NCBI GenBank assembly: GCA_020723485.1
Contig: DYIU01000004.1
Location: 27,057-91,056, forward strand
Reading direction: 5' to 3'
DNA: 64,000 bases
Origin: Acidimicrobium ferrooxidans
GTDB taxonomy: Bacteria > Actinomycetota > Geothermincolia > Fen-727 > Anoxymicrobiaceae
A program made the translations under genes and the position numbers. Of this stretch, positions 17,773-26,118 are shown piece by piece. Each line of letters opens with the position of its first letter. Positions within the stretch are counted from its first letter, which is position 1. The notes under the pieces are model-generated. The model was not told the origin of the DNA, ran no database searches, and was given only the letters and a program-made list of their open reading frames with translations.

Positions 17773-20286
17773 ATGAGAGGAGCCGGCGGGTTGGCTCGTC
17801 ACAAGAGACCTTCTGGAAGGCTGTTTCCGTATCTTGCGGCCGCGCTCGGCGGCCCGGCGGCCTACCTGGCGGCGAGGCTCATCGCCTCGAGGCCCCGCAC
17901 CTCCGGAGACCTGAAGCTGGACTGCCTGGACTCGCCGGTGGAGGTCATCTACGACAGGGCCGGCATCCCCCATGTCTACGCCAACAGCGACCTTGACGGG
18001 TTCCGCGCGCTGGGCTTCGCGATGGCCCAGGACCGGATGGTGCAGATAAGCCTCATGCTCGCCCTCGCGAAGGGGCGGCTCTCAGAGCTCATCGGCGCGC
18101 AGGGGCTCGACATGGACAGGTTCGTGCGGACACTCGGCATCGAGCGGACGGCGCGAAAGCTCGTCCAGGCTCTCGAGCCCGGCTCCCTGGAGGCGGTCCT
18201 CGCGTTCGGCGAGGGCATCAACTGCTACCTCTCTCAGGGTTCGCTTCGCATGCCGTTCGAGTTCATCTTCCTGGGGGGAAGGCCCGAGCCCTGGACGCCG
18301 ACCGACTGCATGGCCGCGTTCCTGTACGTGGTATGGCTCCTGGACACCTGGTGGACATCCGACGTGATGCGCGAGAAGCTAATAAGGAAGCTGGGGCTCG
18401 AACGTGCCGCGCAGCTCCTTGTCGAGACGGCCGACTACAACAACCCGCCGTGCAAGGTCGATGGCCCCGGCGTCTCCGCGGAATCGCTCGAGCCGGCGGA
18501 GGAGATAGACTGGGGGTTCGACCGCTGCACCAGCGGCGGCGAGTGGCTCGAAGGCCTGGGCCCGGTCACCGGGTTCGGTTCGAACAACTGGGTGCTGGGC
18601 GGAGGGCGTACGACCACCGGCGGTGCGCTCCTCGCATCGGATCCCCACATGCAGCACAACGCGCCCGGCCTCCTCTACCTGTTCCACATGAAGACCCCTG
18701 GTTTCGACGTCGCAGGCGCCGGGTTCCCCGGGCTCCCCGCGGCGGCGTTCGGTCATAACGGCTACTGCGGCTGGGCCGCCACGAACCTGGACGCCGACAA
18801 CACCGACCTCTACGTGGAGACGTTCGAATCGGACGAGTCGAACCGGTACCTGTACGAGGGAGAGTGGCTCGAGGCCGAGGTCCTCACAGAGGTGGTGCGC
18901 GTGCGCTTCTCCAGGCCCAGGCGCCTGTGCGTGACGGTCACCAGGCACGGGCCTGTCGTCAGGCGCGTCGGGAACAAGGGCCTTGCCCTGCGTTGGGTCA
19001 GCAACGAGGTGCGCACCGACCCGGTCGCGGCGATGCTCCGGCAGTGCAGGGCATCCTCCTGGGAGGAGTTCAGGGCGCCGATGGACGGCTACCTGGGGCC
19101 CTGTTCGAACCAGGTCTACGCCGACCTGGACGGCAACATCGGGTACCAGGCCATAGGGAAGGTGCCACTCAGGCGCTCGGGCGACGGGACAATCCCCTAC
19201 GACGGGCGGAGCGCGGGCTCCGAGTGGGAAGGTCAGCTCCCGTTCGACAGAATGCCTGCGTCGTTCAACCCCCTCGAAGGCTTTGTCGTGACTGCCAATT
19301 CCAAGGCCGCAAGCGAAGGCTACCCCGAGCTCATCTCCAGGGAGTGGAACGCACCATACCGCAATGCGAGGATAACGGAGCTCATCCAGGCGAAAGACAG
19401 GCACTCGCTCGATGACATGCGGGACGTCCAGGCCGACATCCTGACCTGGCCCGGCCGGAACTACCGGCGCCTCGTCATACAGGCGGCCTCAGTCACCGGG
19501 GATGCCGGTGGCGGCCCCGGCGGCCCTTCGCCTGTCGCTCGGGAGGCACTACAGCTCCTCCGGGACTGGGACTGCACCGCTTCGGCGGAATCGGCCGCCA
19601 TGTCGGTCTTCTTCTTCTCCTGGCGCAGGCTGCGCGGGATGCTGCTCGAGCACAGGCTGGGACCCGGGCTCCTCGACGAGTACCTCTCTAACTGGCCGGC
19701 CTGTGACCTGGCCGTCGAGAGGATACTCGAAGCAGGCGATGAGTACTGGCTGCCGCCCGAACACCGGTCATTCGACGAGGCTCTCCTGGCCTCGCTCGAT
19801 GATGGCGCGCGCGACCTCGCCGCCCTGTTCGGGAGCGAGGACGCCTCCATCTGGAAGTGGGGGGAGGTGCACCGACTCGAGCTCAAGCACCCGCTCGGCA
19901 TATTCTGGCCCCTGGACAGGATTTTCAACGTCGGGCCGGTCCCGCTGGACGGGGACGGCAGCACGGTGCGCTGCTCGACCCCGGCGAGCGACGGCATAAC
20001 CCAGCTCCATGCCAGGGGAGCGATGGGTGGCTACTCCACCATGAAGATGCTGCCGCGTCCGGACGACCACTCCGCGTACGGCGGGTCGGTCCTCAGGATG
20101 CTCCTCGATTTCTCGGACCTCGACGAATCCCTGGTCGTGCTGGACATGGGACAGTCGGGGCACAGGCTCAGCCGGCATTACAAGGACCATTTCCCGGCCT
20201 GGCACGGGGCGGGGTACTTCCCGTTCCCGTACTCCAGGGCAGCGGTCCTGGAAAACCGCGAGAGCACCCTCAGGCTGGAGCCCTGA
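17773..20286 (+). CDS. penicillin acylase family protein (Ntn-hydrolase; penicillin amidase / AHL-acylase-like)
   Basis: Alpha-subunit region, then nucleophile motif GFGSNNWVLGG...ASDPH at the start of the beta subunit; 837 aa. Confidence 0.8.
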   Translation: MRGAGGLARHKRPSGRLFPYLAAALGGPAAYLAARLIASRPRTSGDLKLDCLDSPVEVIYDRAGIPHVYANSDLDGFRALGFAMAQDRMVQISLMLALAKGRLSELIGAQGLDMDRFVRTLGIERTARKLVQALEPGSLEAVLAFGEGINCYLSQGSLRMPFEFIFLGGRPEPWTPTDCMAAFLYVVWLLDTWWTSDVMREKLIRKLGLERAAQLLVETADYNNPPCKVDGPGVSAESLEPAEEIDWGFDRCTSGGEWLEGLGPVTGFGSNNWVLGGGRTTTGGALLASDPHMQHNAPGLLYLFHMKTPGFDVAGAGFPGLPAAAFGHNGYCGWAATNLDADNTDLYVETFESDESNRYLYEGEWLEAEVLTEVVRVRFSRPRRLCVTVTRHGPVVRRVGNKGLALRWVSNEVRTDPVAAMLRQCRASSWEEFRAPMDGYLGPCSNQVYADLDGNIGYQAIGKVPLRRSGDGTIPYDGRSAGSEWEGQLPFDRMPASFNPLEGFVVTANSKAASEGYPELISREWNAPYRNARITELIQAKDRHSLDDMRDVQADILTWPGRNYRRLVIQAASVTGDAGGGPGGPSPVAREALQLLRDWDCTASAESAAMSVFFFSWRRLRGMLLEHRLGPGLLDEYLSNWPACDLAVERILEAGDEYWLPPEHRSFDEALLASLDDGARDLAALFGSEDASIWKWGEVHRLELKHPLGIFWPLDRIFNVGPVPLDGDGSTVRCSTPASDGITQLHARGAMGGYSTMKMLPRPDDHSAYGGSVLRMLLDFSDLDESLVVLDMGQSGHRLSRHYKDHFPAWHGAGYFPFPYSRAAVLENRESTLRLEP

Positions 20287-20287
20287 A

Positions 20288-21217
20288 GTGAGCACGGTCG
20301 TAGCCGTCGCCTGCGCAGTCGGGACCGCGGTCTGCTTCAACCTCGCGATGTACTTCAACAAGAAGGCCGTAGCCGGGCTGCCCCGCGTGAGCCTGCGGCA
20401 ACGGGAGAAGGGCGTTCTGAAGGCCTTTCTGGCCAACAGGCTCATGCACAGGTTTCTGGCCTTCGGCCTCGCCGGGGCCGCCCTGTACGTCGTCGCCATT
20501 TCGATGGCGCCTGTCTCGATAGTGCAGCCCATCGTGAGCTCAGGAGTCGTCCTGCTTGCCTACCTCGCGATAAAGAACCTGGGCGAGAGGCCGCGCAGGA
20601 TAGATTACCTGGCGATAGGGTTGAACGTGACCGGCGTGATACTGCTGGGCGTGAGCCTCGCCGAGGGACTGCCGAAGGACATTGAGCACGACCCGGCACT
20701 GCTCTGGACCTGCGTGGGCGTCGTGGTCGGGCTCGCGGTGCTGGTGCCCTTTCTGACGAGGGGCAGGACGGGCAACAGGCAGGCGGCCGCTCTCGGCATT
20801 TCCATAGGGCTCCTCTACGGCATAGCGTCGGTGTTCGCCAGGCTGATGGTAGTGGACTGGGGAAACCGCTGGTCCGAGAGCGGCGTGCTGGTCATATTCT
20901 CGAGCGTGTACCTGCTCGGCTGGCTCTGCACGTTCGTGCCGGCGATCGTGACACTCCAGGCCGCGTTCCAGAGGGGGATGGCGGTCGTGGTGGCCCCCAT
21001 CTTCGCCGGGCTGGCCCAACTGGTGCCGATAGCGGTGGGGATGATAGCGCTCAAAGAGCCTCTGCCGGAAAGTGCAGTACTCACGGCCTTGAGGTTTACT
21101 GGCTTCGCCTTCATACTCTGCGGGACCATCATCCTCTCGCGCCGCGCCGAGGAGGCCTCGCCCGCAGGTCCCGTCGATGCGAACCCGGCTCAGGCGCCGG
21201 GGGTGGATTCAACCTGA
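20288..21217 (+). CDS. polytopic membrane transporter (DMT/NIPA-like), translationally coupled to the acylase
   Basis: GTG start 1 nt after the acylase TGA; about 9-10 TM helices. Confidence 0.45.
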   Translation: MSTVVAVACAVGTAVCFNLAMYFNKKAVAGLPRVSLRQREKGVLKAFLANRLMHRFLAFGLAGAALYVVAISMAPVSIVQPIVSSGVVLLAYLAIKNLGERPRRIDYLAIGLNVTGVILLGVSLAEGLPKDIEHDPALLWTCVGVVVGLAVLVPFLTRGRTGNRQAAALGISIGLLYGIASVFARLMVVDWGNRWSESGVLVIFSSVYLLGWLCTFVPAIVTLQAAFQRGMAVVVAPIFAGLAQLVPIAVGMIALKEPLPESAVLTALRFTGFAFILCGTIILSRRAEEASPAGPVDANPAQAPGVDST

Positions 21218-21256
21218 TAGTCGGAAAGGAATGACTGCTGCCCGAAGGAGGCTGTC

Positions 21257-21946
21257 GTGACGGTAGAAGGAATCGACCGGGAGACAAACGAGATGCTCGA
21301 CAGGGTGCTCCAGATGCGCCGTTCAGTAAGGTCGTTCACAGACGAGGTGCCTCCACGCCGGCAGATAGAGCAGGTCATCGAGGCGGGGCTGCTGGCTCCA
21401 TATGCCGCCGCCGCGCTTGAAGGGGTCACGCTGTTCCGACGTTTCTTTGTCTTCGAGCGCGGCACAGAGAGCATGGCGAATGTAGCTGAACTGGCCGTCG
21501 AGCAGATGAAGGTCGTGGTCGCCGGATTCAAGCAGCAGTGCGAGGCGGACCCTGCACTCGCGGAGAAAGCAGGACCATTCGTGGAACGGGCGGAGACGGT
21601 TGTCGCTTCAGGAAGGCTTCCGATCACGGACGCTCCCTACTTCGTAGTGATCGGTGAGAAGACGGGCTTCCCTCCCGCGGAGAAGCAGTCACTCGCTCAC
21701 GTGCTGGAGAACATGTGGCTCAAGGCGACCGCCCTGGGCCTCGGCTTCCGACTCATCTCGCTCATCGCCAATCTCGCCCACAATGAGGACTTCTGCGGGC
21801 TGGTCGGGGTTATGCCCGGGGAGTTCGCCTTCGACGGCTGCAGCATCGGATATGCCACCGAATGGCCGCCCCCGACCCCCAGGCCCTCTTTCGACGAAGC
21901 GGTAAGCTGGTTCGGAAAGAAAGAACGGCGTCTTTATCAACGCTGA
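21257..21946 (+). CDS. nitroreductase family protein
   Basis: GTG start after GAAGGAGG; RRSVRSF FMN-binding motif. Confidence 0.65.
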   Translation: MTVEGIDRETNEMLDRVLQMRRSVRSFTDEVPPRRQIEQVIEAGLLAPYAAAALEGVTLFRRFFVFERGTESMANVAELAVEQMKVVVAGFKQQCEADPALAEKAGPFVERAETVVASGRLPITDAPYFVVIGEKTGFPPAEKQSLAHVLENMWLKATALGLGFRLISLIANLAHNEDFCGLVGVMPGEFAFDGCSIGYATEWPPPTPRPSFDEAVSWFGKKERRLYQR

Positions 21947-22008
21947 TACACTGCCGGTAAACTCAGCCATGCTGAAACCAGGCTACGCCACCCGCTGGTA
22001 CAGCATGT

Positions 22009-22767
22009 CTACATCTCTTGTGGCCCAAAGAGTATCAGCTGGGTTTTCGGGGCGTACATATACATCATCGGCATCGTTGTGATCAACGCGTCTTCTATCG
22101 TTTTCGCGGTCGGGTTGTCTGAACCAAGCTCAAGCTTGGCATTTCCAGGGTTATAACTCATAACGAATTCGACAGAATTAAAGCGACCCTCGTTCACCAT
22201 CGGCTCTTCACCATGGTCAACGTGACAGAACATCCTTAGCACTTTTTTTCTCCTGGCCGTGACCTTGCGGCCTTGTAGCCTCAGTACAAGTGCTCCCTCT
22301 TCTTTCCACTCACAGGACCACCATCCGTCGATGTCACTGAACTCAAGTGATGATACGAAGTTCGGCCAGCCGGATAGCCTACCGAGTACAACCGCCGCTT
22401 CGTCCATGACCGGTACTCTGTACATGTATAGATGGAAATCCATGCGCAGTAACTGCCTGACCGTGTTGTAGCCGGGTATCTTCGAGAAGTCCGGCGAACA
22501 GAGAGGAACGGCGACTACAACCTCGTACCTGGAGCCGATGTCCGACTCGAAGTACTCCATGGCCGCAACCTGTATTGAGCCGACTCCGGGCACTAGCTGG
22601 GCAGGCACAAGCCGTCGGTCGGGCACAATCTCGCGCAGTCTGGAGAGCTTGGCGGGGAAAACGGCGCTCATCGTCCTTGCCGACTGATAGAAGGTCGGGA
22701 CGGGAATACTGAGGCCGTCGATGTCGTGACGTACTTGTTCGATATCGGAGAAGAAGTCATCAACCAT
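22009..22767 (-). CDS. hypothetical protein on a low-GC, foreign-looking segment (possible acetoacetate-decarboxylase-like fold)
   Basis: True start ATG 22767 after GAGGGGGAT RBS. Local GC about 50% versus about 67% genome background; lies between the nitroreductase gene and the tRNA-Asn/att-like repeats. Confidence 0.45.
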   Translation of the reverse strand: MVDDFFSDIEQVRHDIDGLSIPVPTFYQSARTMSAVFPAKLSRLREIVPDRRLVPAQLVPGVGSIQVAAMEYFESDIGSRYEVVVAVPLCSPDFSKIPGYNTVRQLLRMDFHLYMYRVPVMDEAAVVLGRLSGWPNFVSSLEFSDIDGWWSCEWKEEGALVLRLQGRKVTARRKKVLRMFCHVDHGEEPMVNEGRFNSVEFVMSYNPGNAKLELGSDNPTAKTIEDALITTMPMMYMYAPKTQLILFGPQEM

Positions 22768-22871
22768 CGCTAATATCCCCCTCTGTGCCCCAGAGATGAT
22801 AAGGCCTCCCGCAACCACAAAGTATACTACATGCTAATTCGATGACCGGAGGCGGATTCGTATCAATTGCC

Positions 22872-22951
22872 CTCGTCGGCTGCAGGTTCGAGTCCAGCGC
22901 CGGGAGATAGGGTGGTTGATGAGCAAGGTGGTGGCTCCCCGGGCAGGACTC
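22872..22951. repeat. direct repeat copy 1 (80 nt) = 57 nt of tRNA-downstream flank plus the last 23 nt of tRNA-Asn (att-like remnant)
   Basis: Identical to 23011..23090, 139 bp to the right. Contains tggtggctccccgggcaggactc, the reverse complement of the tRNA-Asn T-loop/acceptor 3' end, but no complete tRNA. Confidence 0.75.
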
Positions 22952-23010
22952 ACCCCACGCTCGCACCTGCTCGCGCGGTGACGCCCCTGCAACAGTGGTT
23001 GCTCGCTCCG

Positions 23011-23090
23011 CTCGTCGGCTGCAGGTTCGAGTCCAGCGCCGGGAGATAGGGTGGTTGATGAGCAAGGTGGTGGCTCCCCGGGCAGGACTC
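23011..23090. repeat. direct repeat copy 2 (80 nt), overlapping the 3' end of tRNA-Asn
   Basis: Perfect copy of 22872..22951; its last 23 nt are the genuine 3' end of the tRNA gene. Confidence 0.75.
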
Positions 23091-23146
23091 GAACCTGCAA
23101 CACACTGGTTAACAGCCAGTTGCTCTACCGATTGAGCTACCGGGGA
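23071..23146 (-). tRNA. tRNA-Asn (anticodon GTT), CCA encoded
   Basis: Manual fold of the reverse complement: acceptor UCCCCGG/CCGGGGA, D-arm GCUC-AAUCGGUA-GAGC, anticodon arm ACUGG-CUGUUAA-CCAGU (U33, GUU, A37), variable GUGUU, T-arm GCAGG-UUCGAGU-CCUGC, discriminator G, CCA. Confidence 0.8.
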
Positions 23147-23176
23147 GAGTGCTTCAATCCGCAGTCACGGTGTCCA

Positions 23177-23182
23177 ATTATA
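23177..23182 (-). promoter_or_regulatory. candidate -10 box (GTTCTCTATAAT) for tRNA-Asn
   Basis: TATAAT on the minus strand about 30 nt upstream of the mature tRNA 5' end; same extended motif as at 11690..11695. Confidence 0.35.
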
Positions 23183-23223
23183 GAGAACGTCGACACCGCG
23201 GGCAATCGGAGCGTTGGACCGGC

Positions 23224-23401
23224 CGTGAGCGACAGGTGTCGGACGTTTGCCTAACAACTTCAACAACAGTTGAACGATGAATCATCATCAACGCCATTCG
23301 TCTTCTCCAGGCTCCTGGAGCCGCTCAAACTGTTGCTTGTGTTGACCCAGTTGGTAATAACGAAAAGAAATGCTTTCTGTTACGCAAACGTCCGACACCT
23401 T
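23224..23401. repeat. 17-bp perfect inverted repeat (AGGTGTCGGACGTTTGC / GCAAACGTCCGACACCT) enclosing about 144 nt with nested hairpins; candidate structured ncRNA or MITE-like element
   Basis: Arms at 23224..23240 and 23385..23401. Interior holds a CTCCAGGctCCTGGAG hairpin, a CAACAGTTG/CAAACTGTTG pair and an AGAAAtgcTTTCT hairpin. Lies between the cupin gene stop and the tRNA promoter. Confidence 0.4.
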
Positions 23402-23443
23402 CATCCGAGAAAATGCAACAAAACGACCTGACCCCGATTTGCG

Positions 23444-23782
23444 CTAGAGGAGGCGGGCTGACTCCGTGGGTTTCGGGGTCTTCACGACCAGGAAGCGGAA
23501 CGGCCCGCCGCCCTCGTTCATCAGGCGGTGGGGGATGCCCTTGGGGCTCTCGATGAGCTGGTCCTTCACCACGTCTACCCGCTCGTCCCCTATCTCGACC
23601 GTGCCTTCGCCCTCCAGCACGTAAAAGAAGACGTCCACCGGGGTGATGTGCTTCTTCAGTGCCTCGCCCGGCATCAGCTTTATCTCCATGACCTGCGCGT
23701 GCTCGGTCTCGAACATCTTGCGGACGTCCACACCGTGGGGCGTCTCCTGGACCGGCTGCTCTCCGTAGCTCGTTACGTTCAT
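23444..23782 (-). CDS. cupin domain protein
   Basis: G(X)5HXH...E...H-type cupin motifs (PHGVD...MPGEALKKH...PKGIPHRLMNEG). Confidence 0.65.
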   Translation of the reverse strand: MNVTSYGEQPVQETPHGVDVRKMFETEHAQVMEIKLMPGEALKKHITPVDVFFYVLEGEGTVEIGDERVDVVKDQLIESPKGIPHRLMNEGGGPFRFLVVKTPKPTESARLL

Positions 23783-24049
23783 CTACTCCTCCCCTTCAGT
23801 CGTGTCATACCCGGCGGGCCTGCCTTCGGACAGGGCGGCGGCGCACTTGTCGGCGTACGGGCACCACTCGAGGCATCCCATGTCCAGCCTGGGGTTCGGG
23901 AACTTGTACCCGCAGTTCGGGCACTTCCGCGAGACGTCGTCCTTGAAGAACTCCACCCGGTGGTCGCACACGGGGCACGGCGTCTCGAAGATGTCCTCCG
24001 GTTTCCAGAACAGCGTGTTCTGGCCCGGGCATATGGCCTCCGCCATCAC
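23783..24049 (-). CDS. small Cys-rich zinc-ribbon protein
   Basis: 88 aa with CPVCDH...CPNCGY...CLEWCPYADKC; abuts the cupin and Fe-S genes in the same operon. Confidence 0.45.
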   Translation of the reverse strand: MMAEAICPGQNTLFWKPEDIFETPCPVCDHRVEFFKDDVSRKCPNCGYKFPNPRLDMGCLEWCPYADKCAAALSEGRPAGYDTTEGEE

Positions 24050-24807
24050 GCACCTACCCCGGTCTTGACATCAACCGTCTCCAGGACGTCCCCCTTGATG
24101 CCGACCTTGGTGAGCTTCAACGGGATGTCCTTCCCCGCGGCTTTCAGGGACTCGTGCACCAGGTGCACCAGGCCGAAGCAGCACGGGACCTCCATGTAGA
24201 CGACCTCGATCGACTTCAGGTCGTTGCCGGCGAATATCTCCTCGAGCTTCTTGCGGTAGAACTCGGCGCTGTCGAGCTTGGGGCAGCCTATCATCAGCAC
24301 CTTGTCGGCCAGGAACCTGCGGTGGAAATCGGCGTACGCGAATGGCACGCAGTCCGCGGCGATGAGGAGGTCCGCCCCCTCGAAGTACGGGGCGTGGGCG
24401 GGCACCAGCTTGAGCTGGACCGGCCAGTTGCCGAGGAGAGACGGCGCGCCGGCCGCCTCGCCGGGCTCGCCCTTCATGTCCACGAGCTCGCACCGCTCGA
24501 TTGTCCTCGAAGCCGACCCCGGGCAGGAGGTCGCGGCCTCCGTAACCGCTGCCGCGCCTGCGAGGCGTTCTTTCACGGCCTCCTCGTCGAAATCGGCTGC
24601 CTCACGCTTCTCGATGGTGATGGCGCCCTGCGGGCACTCGCCGAGGCAGGCCCCCAGGCCGTCGCAGTATACGTCACTCACCAGCCGCGCCTTGCCGTCG
24701 ATTATCTCGATGGCGCCTTCCGCGCAGGCCGTCGCGCACTGCCCGCAGCCGTCGCACTTCTCCTCGTCTATACTCACAACGTCTCTAACCGCCATTGCTT
24801 CCTCCAT
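24046..24807 (-). CDS. 4Fe-4S dicluster domain protein with C-terminal Cys-containing domain
   Basis: N-terminal CDGCGQCATACAEGAI and CDGLGACLGECPQGAI ferredoxin motifs; start overlaps the Rrf2 stop. Confidence 0.55.
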   Translation of the reverse strand: MEEAMAVRDVVSIDEEKCDGCGQCATACAEGAIEIIDGKARLVSDVYCDGLGACLGECPQGAITIEKREAADFDEEAVKERLAGAAAVTEAATSCPGSASRTIERCELVDMKGEPGEAAGAPSLLGNWPVQLKLVPAHAPYFEGADLLIAADCVPFAYADFHRRFLADKVLMIGCPKLDSAEFYRKKLEEIFAGNDLKSIEVVYMEVPCCFGLVHLVHESLKAAGKDIPLKLTKVGIKGDVLETVDVKTGVGA

Positions 24808-25213
24808 ATACGCTCTTGAGTTCGGACAGCCTCGTTCCTTCCAGGTAGTCCCTGACCTCGCGGTTAGCGGTCTCCATCAGCCCCCCCAGTATGCAGCCGT
24901 CCCCGGCGCACGCGGGGCTCTCAAGGAGACAGGTCGTCTCCACCAGCGGCCCGTCGACTGCCTCGTACACCTCGAGCAGCGTCGCGTCCTCGCTTTTCCG
25001 GGCCAGGTTGAAACCTCCACCAGGGCCCCGGGCCGACGTCACCAGGCCGGCCCTTGCGAGCCTCTGCAGGACCTTCGCGAGGTGCGCCTCGGAAGCCCCG
25101 AGCCTTCCCGCGATCTCCTTCGCTCGGAACCGCTTCTCCGGCTCTGAGGCGAGCAGCACCATGGTGTGAAGCCCGAGGGATGCAGCCTCTGAGACCTTGA
25201 CCACGTTCGCCAT
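24785..25213 (-). CDS. Rrf2 family transcriptional regulator (IscR/NsrR-like, 3 Cys)
   Basis: wHTH region SEAASLGLHTMVLLAS...EIAGRLGASEAHLAKVLQRL and cluster-ligand Cys (CLLESPACAGDGC); RBS GGGAGGA. Confidence 0.8.
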   Translation of the reverse strand: MANVVKVSEAASLGLHTMVLLASEPEKRFRAKEIAGRLGASEAHLAKVLQRLARAGLVTSARGPGGGFNLARKSEDATLLEVYEAVDGPLVETTCLLESPACAGDGCILGGLMETANREVRDYLEGTRLSELKSVYGGSNGG

Positions 25214-25244
25214 CCTGGACCGTCCTCCCTGCCTGACTAATAAA

Positions 25245-25266
25245 GGTATTGCAGTACCATAATACC
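25245..25266. promoter_or_regulatory. candidate Rrf2 autoregulatory operator: GGTATTgcagtaccatAATACC inverted repeat
   Basis: AT-rich 6+6 inverted repeat with 10-nt spacer, 32 nt upstream of the Rrf2 start codon. Confidence 0.35.
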
Positions 25267-25370
25267 AGTAAGGCGGGCGAAGTCAAGTATTTTCGTCTTT
25301 TCCGGGTGCCCTGTTCGCGCCGCGCCGGGGAAGCCGCGGCGGGTAGTGCTAAGCTGCCCGCGTATGCAAA

Positions 25371-25397
25371 GAGCCGGGGCTTCGAGCGCCCCGGCTC
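25371..25397 (-). terminator. GC-rich hairpin GAGCCGGGGC-ttcgagc-GCCCCGGCTC downstream of hrb
   Basis: 10-bp perfect stem, 7-nt loop, 23 nt after the hrb stop; no U-tract (common in high-GC genomes). Shares the CCGGGGC core with the 62846..62940 hairpins. Confidence 0.45.
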
Positions 25398-25419
25398 AGA
25401 GTGTGTGAACAGGTTCGGG

Positions 25420-26118
25420 CTAGTCCTCCGGGGAGAACTCGCTCTTCTCGGCTCCGCAGACCGGGCATACCCAGTCATCCGGGAGGTCCTCGAAAGCAGT
25501 CCCTGCCGGGATGTTGCCGTCGGGGTCGCCCTCTTCCGGGTCGTAGATGTATCCGCATACATTGCAGACATACCTCTTCATCCCTGATTCCCCTTTCTTC
25601 TCTGGCGCCCTGTACGTGGGCGCGTTCTTCGGGGCTTTGCCCTTGTTCGCCTGGTACTGAGCATATGTCAGCGGCTTGACGCCCTCCTTGAGCACCCTGC
25701 CGCTGACGACGTCTCCGATGAAGACGGTGTGCGTCCCGGCGTCTGCCGTGGCGAAGACCCTGACCTCGAACATCGCTATCGCGTGTTCGGTGACGCACGG
25801 GATGCCCGTGCTCCCCTCCTCCATCTCGACGGAGGTCATCTTGTCGGTATCCCTGCCGCTCTTGAAGCCGAATCCGCCGATGAACGGCATCGGCACGTCC
25901 TCCCCGAGCACGGAGACGGCGAAGACCCCGCTCTTCTCTATGAGCTCGTGCGTGTAGTTGTTCTTGTTGATGGCGGCGAGCACACGCGGCGGCTCTGCGG
26001 CCACCTGGATGACGGCGTTTGCTATCTGGCCGTTCGAACGGCCGTCATGCGCGGACGTCACCACGTAGATGCCGTAGCTTATGCTCCAGAGGCTCTTCGG
26101 GTCGAGCTCAGCTTCCAC
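25420..26118 (-). CDS. high-molecular-weight rubredoxin (flavin-reductase-like domain fused to C-terminal rubredoxin), Hrb-like FprA partner
   Basis: GTG start 26118 after AAGGAGGTG, overlapping the fprA stop by 11 nt; the ORF-track start 26190 is an extension. C-terminal [16 protein letters not shown]...[10 protein letters not shown] rubredoxin motif. Confidence 0.7.
   Translation of the reverse strand: MEAELDPKSLWSISYGIYVVTSAHDGRSNGQIANAVIQVAAEPPRVLAAINKNNYTHELIEKSGVFAVSVLGEDVPMPFIGGFGFKSGRDTDKMTSVEMEEGSTGIPCVTEHAIAMFEVRVFATADAGTHTVFIGDVVSGRVLKEGVKPLTYAQYQANKGKAPKNAPTYRAPEKKGESGMKRYVCNVCGYIYDPEEGDPDGNIPAGTAFEDLPDDWVCPVCGAEKSEFSPED

Noticed and set aside
22867-23254. Two small ORFs (22867..23049+, 23051..23254+) with identical MVDEQGGGSPGRT peptides
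   Set aside because: They are artefacts of the duplicated 80-bp tRNA-flank repeat and run through the tRNA-Asn gene on the opposite strand; not coding.
23427-23438. Isolated GACCTGACCCCG half-site resembling the CCTGACCCCGG terminus of elements C/D/E
   Set aside because: No partner GGGGTCAGG arm within 150 nt, so this is not a complete element; possibly a decayed remnant.
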